Below, piece by piece: positions 53,124-64,000 of a DNA stretch of 64,000 nt (its first letter is position 1; the number at the start of each line of letters is the position of its first letter). The stretch spans positions 437,686-501,685 of the forward strand of contig JAQGDQ010000146.1 in the NCBI GenBank assembly GCA_030141605.1, in the 5' to 3' direction. The translations under genes and the position numbers were made by a program. The stretch is from Tubiluchus corallicola (Eukaryota; Animalia; Priapulida). The notes under the pieces were generated by a model that was given only the letters and a program-made list of their open reading frames with translations, made no database searches and was not told the origin of the DNA.

Positions 53124-53617
53124 AGTCTTTTCACAGTTCCAGCGATTGATGATGATCGTAAAAGGTCAAAGGTTAAATGTACCAGGCAACGGTTAAGTGC
53201 ACCAGGTTAAGTGTACTATGTAACGGTTGTAGTTAAGACGAGTTGCTGTGGAACGCTTAACCTTTGACCTACAGCAAGTGCGCGTGCGCACAACCAAACT
53301 GTGAAAGGGCTGCGCACTTGACAATGCTTCAGAGCCCATGCTGTTGAAATAGTAACATCTTAACAACTAGGTAGAATGTTACCTAGTCCATTTTTTCTTA
53401 TTCCCAAGCAAGATCCTGCTAGTAAATCACTCTACGCACAGACGAATGCATAATTAAGTAAAGTCCACGTAAAACAACTGAAGTTACTGAATTGTAGCGG
53501 CAGACGGCTTTGATTTACCTACATGTCACGTGATGATTGTAGTTAAGACGTGCTGTTGTGGTACACTTTTTGATCTACAGCAACTACGCGTGCGCACAAC
53601 GAAACTGTGAAAAGGCT
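53124..53617 (+). mobile_element. MITE family C, internally rearranged (3' end duplicated inside)
   Basis: Both TIRs are present, plus an extra right-end copy at ~53220-53311. Confidence 0.78.
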
Positions 53618-54510
53618 TAATTATCAACAGTACCTCGTACATACAGGCTCATGAAATATCACTAGAATGATTAAAACTGCAGTAGCTTGTAATTAAGATT
53701 TTGCAAATTGTTTTCTGAAACATTATAGTTGTTCCTAAACATCTCAATCCCATAAATAAAAGAAAATGTTTAGCAAAGTTTCGTCTTTTTGAGTTTTCAA
53801 TTGTTGGCGTTAATGAAATTATAGTGACGTACCAAGTGCTTGTGGCACCCGGGGGCAAAAAACTTCTGGCGCCCTGCTCTTTTAATGTTTGGATCAGTAG
53901 TTTCGTGAGGGGTGGGGGGTGGGGGGAACCACACGCCGTACACGTTTTTTGCATCCCTCATCCTGATTTTCCTCGACACGATGGGATAAAAATAAACAAA
54001 TTTTTTCTAAGAATCACCCATTAGTTGCTCATAACACCAAAAAACATGTCCTTAAACATTCGGCTCCAGCATTAAAACATGTAAAGATTATGAAAGATAC
54101 CAAACACTACAGGTTTTCACAATAATGCAATCAGCATTTAGAGAGGCGTCACTGTTTCTCCGAAAATTATCAATCTGCTAATACACACGACACCCTACAC
54201 ACGCCATTAAGTAGCAACAGTAAATTTTAGCCTATTTTTCCTCTAGGCTGTATGTAGTAATTAAGCCAGCTACGATGATTTCTGAGTAGGCAATTTTGTT
54301 GTAGTTTGAGCACTTTTGTTAATTGTTTTGTTAATGTCGGATTAGTAATTAATAGTTAACGGTCATTGAACTCTAGAAGAATTTTGCACCCTCTCACCCT
54401 TGAGATGCCCCCTGTCGCCCCCACCTTGCTACGCGTCCGTTAAATTTACTCCTATTTTTTCGCCTCTGTATCTGTTGTTTCTAGTAAATGCCTAAGGTAA
54501 AGAAATCAAA

Positions 54511-55128
54511 TTAAGCGATAAGTGCAAGGGTTAAATCATCATCATTTCCCGTCTCACGATCACGTCTGAAATTCTCGAGCATTTCTCGAATTTTTTCAAT
54601 TCTCGTTCTGGCTCCGCCGGCTGAACCGCCACCTTCCGAATCGCGGGTTCCGGAATCGTCGCCTGTGCCCTGCAGGTTTGCGCGACGCTCGCCGAATGCT
54701 CCAGAAATGCCGCGTGTCTGAAGCCGTTCTCTTAATTCCTTCAGCCTCTGCCTCAGTCGAGATCCTGAGCTACCGACGTCGCCATCGCCATCCCTGGTGT
54801 TGCTTTCATCAGCTGACAGTCGAGTGCTGCCACCAGATGATGTTCGTAAGGATTGTAAACCACCTGAAAATATGCTCATGAATTTCTCCAGCCTTGCGTC
54901 AATATCCTCATCAGACACGCCTCGTCTTTCTAAGAAGTTTCTACGTTGCTCGAAGAACTTCCGAAATCTTTCAGGCACGGAATCGCTGGACCTTGAATCG
55001 TTGTTGCCGCTGTCGCCACTGTCTGCTGCTTGTCTTCCGCCTGGCGCTTCTCGATTTTCCGCGCCCTGTTCCGTGTTGCCGCCATCGCTTTCGAGTGCAG
55101 ATTCTGGATCGTTGTCTTGTGCGCTTAC
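54511..55128 (-). CDS. Unrecognised secreted protein, exon 3 (205 aa plus stop)
   Basis: Acceptor cctcttccttataaAG at 55129-55130; GC-rich 618-nt open frame VSAQDNDPES...LTLALIA*. Confidence 0.85.
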   Translation of the reverse strand, partial: VSAQDNDPESALESDGGNTEQGAENREAPGGRQAADSGDSGNNDSRSSDSVPERFRKFFEQRRNFLERRGVSDEDIDARLEKFMSIFSGGLQSLRTSSGGSTRLSADESNTRDGDGDVGSSGSRLRQRLKELRERLQTRGISGAFGERRANLQGTGDDSGTRDSEGGGSAGGARTRIEKIREMLENFRRDRETGNDDDLTLALIA

Positions 55129-55199
55129 CTTTATAAGGAAGAGGTTTACTCATTAATTCACTGTATATGTTTGTATATGGGTTTCAGCTGAAATAAACT

Positions 55200-55520
<321 letters not shown>

Positions 55521-55605
55521 GCGCATTTTTTGATTGGCGCAGTCAACCAACAAATTCCAATCCCAAGTAATGAAAGTGTGGGAACATGTGCACTTATTAT
55601 TAATA

Positions 55606-55993
55606 AGCCTTTTTGCAGTTCCAACGATTGATGATGATCGTGAAAAGGTCAAAGGTTAAGTGTACCAGACAACGCATTTGTGTACGCTTGACAACGCCTC
55701 GCAGCCCATGCTATTGTAATAGTAAGAGTTTTAACAGCTAGCTAGAGCCTTACCTAGTTCATTTTTTCTTGTTCCCAAGCAAGATCCTGCTAGTAAATCA
55801 TTCTACGCACAGACTAACGCATAATTAAGTAAAGTCCACGTAAAACAACAGAAGTTACTGAACTGATGTCCGCAGACGACTTTGCTTTTCTCACACGTCA
55901 CGTGACGGTGTTTGTGTACACGTTGCTAGGACACGTTGCTGTGGTACACTAACCTTTGACCTCTACAGCAACTGCGCGTGCGCACAACAAAAC
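55606..55993 (+). mobile_element. MITE family C (intronic)
   Basis: Homology to other copies; right TIR lost. Confidence 0.78.
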
Positions 55994-56463
55994 GTATTCC
56001 ACATTGTTTTAGAAAATCAGCAAAATTACTTCACCTGCGAGGGTACCAATGCTGACATAAATTGCAAAGAATAGTTTTCAAAAGTTTAAAAATCAGAAGT
56101 TATTATTGTATCTCTGATGGACCAACAAAGTTTCCATATTGGGCAGGTGCTGCAAATTCACTATCGAGATCATATGCTACTGCAGCAGTTGGTGTTTTAA
56201 TGCAGTTTATTGTTACACACGCTTTATAGGTCTATAGGCTAAGTTATATAAAATAAAGCAATTGTTGTATAGCTTGTGTACACCGCTGTGCTCTAAAAAA
56301 GGTACAGCAGTGACTCAAATGCGCCCCGGGCTGTAATTTGCACGGGTAAAGATTCTGAAGTTTAATTATTGTTTGTAAGAGCAAGCAACACGGTTCGAAA
56401 ATATTCACTGTTCACACAGCAATTGAACAATTATTATTCAATAATATCGTCAGATATACTTAC

Positions 56464-56498
56464 TAAAATCGATCCCATTAAAAGCAACAATCCAATCG
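56464..56498 (-). CDS. Unrecognised secreted protein, exon 2 (signal peptide h-region)
   Basis: Acceptor ctttgcttttttatAG and donor GTAAGT; 35 nt, phase 1-0; encodes AIGLLLLMGSIL. Confidence 0.8.
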
Positions 56499-56992
56499 CT
56501 ATAAAAAAGCAAAGATGATGTTTAGTAAGTTTTCACTCGAACTGCAAGTTATTACAAATTATGCAAATTGAGTGGCACGTATTTTGAGTTTTCTATTTTT
56601 ACTAATTATTTTAAAACTAAGTCGTGTTAGTAGTCGTGCATAATTTTGCATGGTACATTCTTATTTAAAAACTGTCTTATTCTTATTATTTAACATTCTT
56701 ATTTAATAATTAATAATTATGATTATTAAAAAGCATAATAGATTAAAATAAGATAAGAAACACAGCATTTAAACTTCTTATTGACAAAGTTTTGTACGAA
56801 AAGTTGCAAATTAATGCACTTAATTTTGTCAAATTGAGACCTTGTTTTTTTTGCAAAATGCTTGCTGCTATGGTCCCAGTTGTCTTAAACTCCGCATGCA
56901 GCATTGATTTTTTTGATGCTATTTCAAGGTCATCATATCCATATTTATTGGAATTACGCGTTAAATTGCTATCAACTTAAACGATCTCTTAC

Positions 56993-57014
56993 CTTTCACC
57001 AATCCTGTCTTCAT
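56993..57014 (-). CDS. Unrecognised secreted protein, first coding exon
   Basis: aacATG AAG ACA GGA TTG GTG AAA G|GTAAGA, encoding MKTGLVK, phase 1. Confidence 0.78.
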
Positions 57015-57287
57015 GTTGATTTGCTGAAAATTATTGCAGCAACCAGATCAGACTCTCAAACCAAAGTAAGCCTTTCAAACCAATGTACTGATTTAAAATG
57101 ACTCAGTAATGCACATAAAATGGTTAGAATGGTTAGTTGACACAGTTTGCAAACCTACTAACGAAATTCAAACGCGGTTAATGACGCTTTGATGAATAAA
57201 CTTGACTAGCCTCAGGCTTTGTCTAAGTCACATCTTTTGTTTTTTTGTTGGCTACACTAGCCAGATAATTAAAACGCAGTAATTTAA

Positions 57288-57951
57288 AGTACAAGAAAAC
57301 CCTCCACTTACATAAAGCTTAAAAAATTCGAAGTTTTATCCCACTTACATACTACCTTTTTGCATGCATGGCTTGCATCGGCAGTAACGCTGTATAAAAC
57401 GTGTAAATTCAAACTCCCGCGATGACCGATAGGCGCAGCCATTTTAATGGTAGGTCGTTTGAAACAAGTTTTGATAACATTAAGTAAAGTTTGAAAAACA
57501 ATTAGAGCATTCGTAGCACACATGTTGCTAATTAAATAAAATTTTAAATCACTGTATCTTGTGAATAAGACTAAAAATGCGTTTTTTGGTTAGAGTGAAT
57601 GGCGCACCCTGGAGGGTGAGTCAGCGACATTTAGCCAATTGGCACAAACGTTTTAAATTATTATTTCTAGTAACATAAGTCTTTCCATGAAGTAAGCGAA
57701 ATGCTAATATAGATTTGCACGGAAAGTTTTTTGGGGTCATAATTAAACATTGCCTTTTCTTCCTCTGATTTACGTGGCGTAATGACGTCATGTAATGGCG
57801 GGGTTAGAACAGTATTGCGGGAGATTTAATGAAAACAAATTAAAATTCCTTTCAACGCAAATGCGATATATGCATAAAATTGCTGCAAAGTAATATAATT
57901 TTTTAAGGCGATTTTTCTGAAACCTACTTCAGGTACCCGTTTTCTTGTCTT
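57288..57951 (-). mobile_element. Kolobok-like MITE family A, full length
   Basis: TTAA|AGTACAAGAAAA...TTTTCTTGTCTT|TTAA. Confidence 0.85.
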
Positions 57952-58172
57952 TTAAGCACAAAGGTACGCAGGTTTTTCTTCTATTTTACACAAACTTTGC
58001 TTAATTTTGCGAGGAAATTCTGCATTTTGTGCACATTGTTTCAGGTGTTTTTGCTGGCCTTAAAATTTATACGACCTAAATTTTGCACTGCACTGATTTT
58101 GGTACTGTTGATAAAATTTGCCTGGCTATTGGGTAGGCGATTTAGATAGTTATTTTGTTATCTGAAGCAGTT

Positions 58173-58552
58173 TTCATTCATTCATCCATCCATTCATCCA
58201 TCCATCCATCAATTAATTAATTCATTCATTCATTCATCCATTCATTCATTCATTCATTCATTCATTCATTCATTCATTCATTCATTCATTCATTCATTCA
58301 TTCATTCATTCATTCATTCATTCATTCATTCACCCATTCATTCATTCATTCATCCATCCGTCCGTCCGTCCGTCCGTCCGTCCGTCCGTCCGTCCATCCG
58401 TCCATTCATTCATTCATTCATTCATTCATTCATTCATTCATTCATTCATTCATTCATTCATTCATTCATTCATTCATTCATTCATTCATTCATTCATTCA
58501 TTCATTCATTCACCCATTCATTTATTCATTCATTCTTCCATCCATCCATCCA
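58173..58552. repeat. (ATTC/ATCC/GTCC)n compound repeat
   Basis: Visible directly. Confidence 0.96.
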
Positions 58553-59104
58553 AGAGATCGTATTTTCTTGATATAATCAAAGCATGTAAATGATGCTAAC
58601 AAAGCATGTAAGTTTGCATGTAACTGCGTTTGAATGAATGTGTAATGAAACAGCAATCAACTAGAATAGATAGACGTCATTTCTTCGTTAGTGTGAAAAT
58701 TGGGAATTAGTTAATATAACATTGTTTCACGTCATTCCAAAACATGACATCATGTATTTTTATAAAACATCACATTAAAAATGTTACGACAACAGACATC
58801 ATAACAGTTGATACATCGATTTGACTGTAGATGAAGTTTTGATTGTTGATTTTTGGTTAATCTTTAAGAATTAATTTAATCAGTCTACTGAACCTACATA
58901 ATCGCTTCTATTTGCCACCAATTAGAAAAATTAAATTGCTGAAAATTAAATGTTAAAATCGGCAGAGGATTATTGTCCTAGTGATGGGGACTTATTGGAC
59001 TCAATCTGATCATTTATAATCACAGTAACCAAGCATTGACAGTGTGGATAAAGAAAGCAAAGAAAGCAAGGAATTATTGAAGAATCCCGTCTTAAAATGC
59101 TTAT

Positions 59105-59584
59105 GTACTTACTTGCTTACTTACTTGCTTGCTTACTTTCTCGCTTGCTCGCTCGCTCGCTCACTCACTAACTCATTCACTAACTCACTAACTCACTCAC
59201 TAACTCACTCTCTCACTCAATAACTCACTCACTAACTCACTCACTAACTCACTCACTAACTCACACACTCATTCACTCACTCACCTACCTACCTACCTAC
59301 CTACCTACCTACCTACCTACCTACCTACCTACCTACCTACCTACCTACCTACCTACCTACCTACTTACTTACTTACTTGCCTGCTTACCTACTTACTTGC
59401 TTACTCACTCACTCACTCAGTCACCTACCTACCTACCTACCTACCTACCTACCTACCTACCTACCTACCTACCTACCTACCTACCTTACACCCACCCACC
59501 CACCTATCTACCCACCCACCCACCTACCTACCTACCTACCTACCTACCTACCTACCTACCTACCTACTTTCTTACTTACTTACT
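59105..59584. repeat. (CTTA/CTCA/CCTA)n compound repeat
   Basis: Visible directly. Confidence 0.96.
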
Positions 59585-59955
59585 GCAACATATTTTTTCA
59601 CCATTTTAACCGATTTTTTAAACTTAGCACTAATACCTTCTTGCATGAGTCGTACGTTTGTGACGTAATGCAAAATAATTAATTTACGAATTATCCGCAG
59701 TATTTTCTTAAATGGATTCCGTGTGTAACTGTCAACATTGAGTTTTTATTAAAACGTCCCGAGTGCAATGACAATGGCGCATTTTATTGGTAACTTAGAA
59801 ACAAGCATGTAATGAAGCCGAGAAAATTTCTGCTTTTCTACTTTGTCTATGTCAATGCTGTTCTACGCCATGGACGCTGCGTATTTTATTCTCTATCCGT
59901 GGACCGTGCAGGGTTTGTGTATATTGTGCTCGCATACCCTATTCCATATATACCG

Positions 59956-59958
<3 letters not shown>

Positions 59959-60015
<57 letters not shown>

Positions 60016-60050
60016 TTAATAATAATAACCCTGCACGGATCCTACCTGCC

Positions 60051-60102
<52 letters not shown>
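59959..60102. repeat. Inverted microsatellite pair (AAT)n-spacer-(ATT)n
   Basis: Complementary runs around a ~22-nt spacer. Confidence 0.93.
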
Positions 60103-60103
<1 letters not shown>

Positions 60104-60140
60104 TTTTCTCTGCGCACAAGTACAACTTATACTACAATAT

Positions 60141-62912
60141 GCAGTTTATGGTTTTCAGAGCAGGGAAATCCTGCAGGGATGTTAGTATTGAGTCAGGTAT
60201 TAGTGAATTAATGGTGATGGTGCTATGGCGATGGCGACAGTGGTGTCAACAGTGGTATCGGCAGAGTTATTGCATTCTACATCATCTATTTCTGGTAGCC
60301 ATGCATAATTCACCTCAATTTTTAAATGTTTGTATTTGCTTTAATGCGTTTCTAACCAGGTTTGGACAACTATACTTGCATAGAGGGCTTGCGTTGGCAG
60401 TAACGCTGTATAAAACATGTAAATTTAAACTCCCGCGGTGACTGTTAGATGCAGCCATTTTGACGATAAGACGTTTGAAACAAGTTTAGATAACATTGTG
60501 TAAACTTTGAAAAGATAATCAGAGCATTTGTAGCACACATGTCACTAATGAGTAAATGAGTAAAATTTTAAATTACTGTATCTTGTCAATAAGATTAAAA
60601 ATACGTTTTTGGTTAGTGAGTGGCGCACCCTGGAGAGTGAGTCAGCGACATTTTACCACTTGCTGAAAACATTTTAAATAATTAATAATTTTCTTTTTAG
60701 TTATATAAGTCTTTCCAGCAAGAAAGCAATAAGGTAAGTAACATAAATTTGCACAGAAAGTTTTTAAGCTCATAATTTAACATTGCCTTTCCTTCCCCTG
60801 ATTTACGTGGCGTAGTGACGTCATGTAATGGCGCCCTCGGAACAGTATTGCGGGAGATGTAAAATGAAAACAAACAAAAATTCCTCTCAACGCGAGCACG
60901 ATATACGCATAAAATTGCTACAAAGTGATATAATTTTTAATGCGATTTTTCTGAAACCTACTTCAGGTACCCCTTTTCTTGTGAAAACTGTGAAACGTTA
61001 GATTATCCTATGTCACAATAAACACCTAAACAGTTTTTATAAAATGAAGACATCTACTGTAAGGAGAAGCTCTCAGACGTTTTTTGCACAAAATTCAGCA
61101 AATACGTGAACGACAACTCGTGCTTTTTGAGTAACAACCATAACTTACTGTATAACAAAAAGAGCACCGAATAGGATGCCCTGAAAATCCTTACAGTGGC
61201 TTCACAAATAGCTGGGTAACGAAGCTTTGGAGAGACGCGCTGAGACTACTAATGCCAAAACGCTGTTTTTAAAGAACTTGTATTCGTTTCTGAAAATCGG
61301 CTAACAAGGCTGACGATGCGAATAAATATTGAAATTCGTACCGTGTTTGAAAAACTGACTTATATTGCCAGATATCGTAGCTTCGTACTCGATTTGACAC
61401 TTACAAGGATTTATTCAAATGCTGAAACTATGCAAAATTTGACTGGAAGGTATGATAACACATGCCTGACATTATGCCGTCGGTAAATTCATTGTCTGAC
61501 AGAATTTACCCAGGAACGCTTTACCGTGTTAGAGCAAACCAGATGTCAAAACAGTTCTTCAAAATATTGAAATAAAACATACTATTTTTTTAAAAAATCA
61601 CTTACGTGAAAGAATTATTACCACACAAACACAATTTCACGTTCGTTCTTCGCTGTTCTTCGCTTTCCACTAGTTCTTCGCTGTTACGCGTATTTAGCCA
61701 TTCGCCAGTTAGACGGGCACTAGCGTCTGCATTTCGGAAAAGTATTGCACAAAAAACGGGTGCTGTACCTCTCAGTTCAGATGTGTTATTTTGTGACGAA
61801 CTACACACGTTCGACAGGTCATGCGTGAGCACAGTGGTAAATTTGAAATTTGAATTTTTATCTTAAAACTTGCCTAGTTTTAGTACAACACACTGAATAT
61901 CTTACAGTAGCACTGTACTTCAATTTTCTCTTTCACAAACACGTGCAACACGCTCGTGGAAAATTTTTGCTATTGAAAATTATGTTAGTTTGTGATGTTA
62001 TCAATAGTTGGGCTCGCCCGCCGTTAATTAAGTTTTTAATATATTATTTAAGTATCAGAAACGATTTTGCAGCATTGTTGGTGTTAAAATGTATGCTTTC
62101 TATCAGACTTGAAAATGAGCTAGTGTGAAAAATCATCCTGTCTTCCTTCAACAGACTTTTTATTTGACCTTGGTAATTTTGTTTTGTACTCAACGATAAT
62201 TTTTAGATTTTTCTTCCCATTTAGAAAACACTTACATATTAGATCAGAAACAATTAATATTTCTTCGACCGCACCTAGTGTCCAGTCAATCAACTGCGTT
62301 AGTCAAACACGTCAAAATCAGTCAACCTCGCAACGAACTAGTCAAACCAGAAAACAACGTGCGAACGAACAAACAAACAAACAAACACATAATCAACAAA
62401 CAATCACTAAACTGGCAACCACTAGCATCAAGTGACTATGTGTTAATTGGTTATTTTTCGCTTTATTGCAATATGGTAAAGGAAAATGTTTTTCTCTTAA
62501 ACTTCATTTGCTTCGATTGCGTTTTTTGATTAGGTTTTTAGCAGCGAGTTTGTAAAACCAAACAGAAGATGATGCATTTTCCAAATGGCTTCATTCTTGT
62601 ATAACGATATTATTATTAAATCATCAGTTACATCTTGCTGCAGCTTTTTTGGGTTTATTTGGCTGTCATCAATTAAATTTAGAAAAAATATAACAAAGAA
62701 ATTTGCGTTGCCTATAAAGCATAAAATATAAGATTCATCATTTTCTACAGAAATTTATAGGTAGCAATTCACTGAAAATGTGAGATAACTGGGAAGTACT
62801 TCGCGAGTTTTCAAATTAAAGTCGTATTTTCCAAGTACACGCTAATAAATCCAATTAAACTTACAGTTTAATGTTCATGCAAACACAAAATTATTTCTCT
62901 CTACTTTCTAAA
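60141..62912 (-). repeat. Inverted copy of block A (includes family A and B MITEs); 62424-62912 highly degraded
   Basis: Near-identical reverse complement of 37708-39973, then an indel-rich reverse complement of ~37030-37600. Confidence 0.92.
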
Positions 62913-64000
62913 AACCTATATTTTGATTTGCTAGTGTTGGTACTGTGTAGGATATTAAAATTATTTGATATGAACCAATGAGCGTTTTCACAGTTCCAAC
63001 GATTGATGACGATCGTTATTTTCTTCTTCCAATGACGTCATTCGTCTTGAAGAAACGTAGCGCACTGTCAACCTTCGTCAAAAGTATTTACAGAAAAATT
63101 AGATAGCTAATTTTCTAATATTTTTGCATGAACATTAAGTAAACTGTAGAAGTTTGAATTAGTTTAATTAGCGTGTACTTACGGAAAGCCACGACACAGT
63201 TACGAAAACTCACGAAGTCTCCCAGTTATCTCCTGATTTTCAAGTGAATTGCTGCAACCACCACACCTGAAAATTTCTGTTCAGAGGTAGTTTATTTTAT
63301 ATTTATGCTTTATAGGCAGTTCTTTGCAAATTTCTTTGTTATATTTTTCTAAGTTTGAGTGATTACAGTAAAATAAACCCAACATGCCGAGTGATTTGTT
63401 CTTTCCTTTAAATTCTGGTGTAAAGAAGCTGCAGCAGGATAACTGATGATTTATGTGGCTTCTCGTTTGTATGTCGATCTTCAATGAAGCCATTTGTATT
63501 TAGATGCATCATCAGGCATTCTGTTTGGTTTTTAAACTCGCTACTAAGCTGCTAATAAAGCTTTAATCCAGGCTCGTAGGAAACTGTTTGCCAAGAAGCT
63601 TAGAAACATTTTCCTTACCGAATGTAACGTTAAGCTGCGAAAATGCAGGGCAGAAAAATGTAATTAAATTTTATTTTGCCGTCCTTGTTCAAAGTAAGCC
63701 AGATTTATTGCGCTTGAAAGATTTCCGGTCTTGCAGTCTCATACAGTGGTTGCCAGTTTAGTGATTGTTTGTTGATTATGTGTTTGTTTGTTTGTTTGTT
63801 CGTTCGCACGTTGTTTTCTGGTTTGACTAGTTCGTTGCGAGGTTGACTGATTTTGACGTGTTTGACTAACGCAGTTGATTGACTGGACACTAGGTGCGGT
63901 CGAAGAAATATTAATTGTTTCTGATCTAATATGTAAGTGTTTTCTAAATGGGAAGAAAAATCTAAAAATTATCGTTGAGTACAAAACAAAATTACCAAGG
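62913..64000 (+). repeat. Third (direct) copy of block A, running off the window end
   Basis: Matches 36861-~37962 with scattered differences. Confidence 0.93.

Noticed and set aside
56029-56075. Alternative hydrophobic exon (LFFAIYVSIGTLAGE) for the secreted gene
   Set aside because: No AG acceptor after the in-frame stop; exon 56464-56498 fits with canonical sites.
59812-60441. 209-aa ORF with apparent TM segments
   Set aside because: Chimera of (AAT)/(ATT) repeats, the duplication junction and MITE sequence.

Overview
AT-rich, repeat-dense invertebrate (metazoan) genomic DNA; no prokaryotic features or CRISPR arrays. Five protein-coding loci are supported. (1) A spliced CHST/GlcNAc-6-O-type sulfotransferase (+, exons 799-969 and 3098-4083). 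(2) MCM7 with an intronless CDS (-, 9786-11957), a probable 5'UTR intron and an E2F site. (3) An intronless beta-carbonic anhydrase (-, 19686-20447). (4) The first two coding exons of a probable secreted alpha-CA/CA-related protein, transcribed divergently from the beta-CA (+, 25567-25648 and 33725-33775); these are absent from the ORF track. (5) A three-exon, 224-aa secreted protein I do not recognise (-, 57014-54511). The rest is non-autonomous DNA transposons (two TTAA Kolobok-like families, an AT/TA-flanked family, and piggyBac-, Tigger- and hAT-like MITEs), Penelope remnants (one with a hammerhead-ribozyme core), and many micro- and minisatellites. A ~3-kb block occurs three times (direct at 36.9-40.0 kb, inverted at 60.1-62.9 kb, direct again from 62.9 kb), with a fold-back junction at a microhomology. 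All calls were made by eye; no database searches were run.
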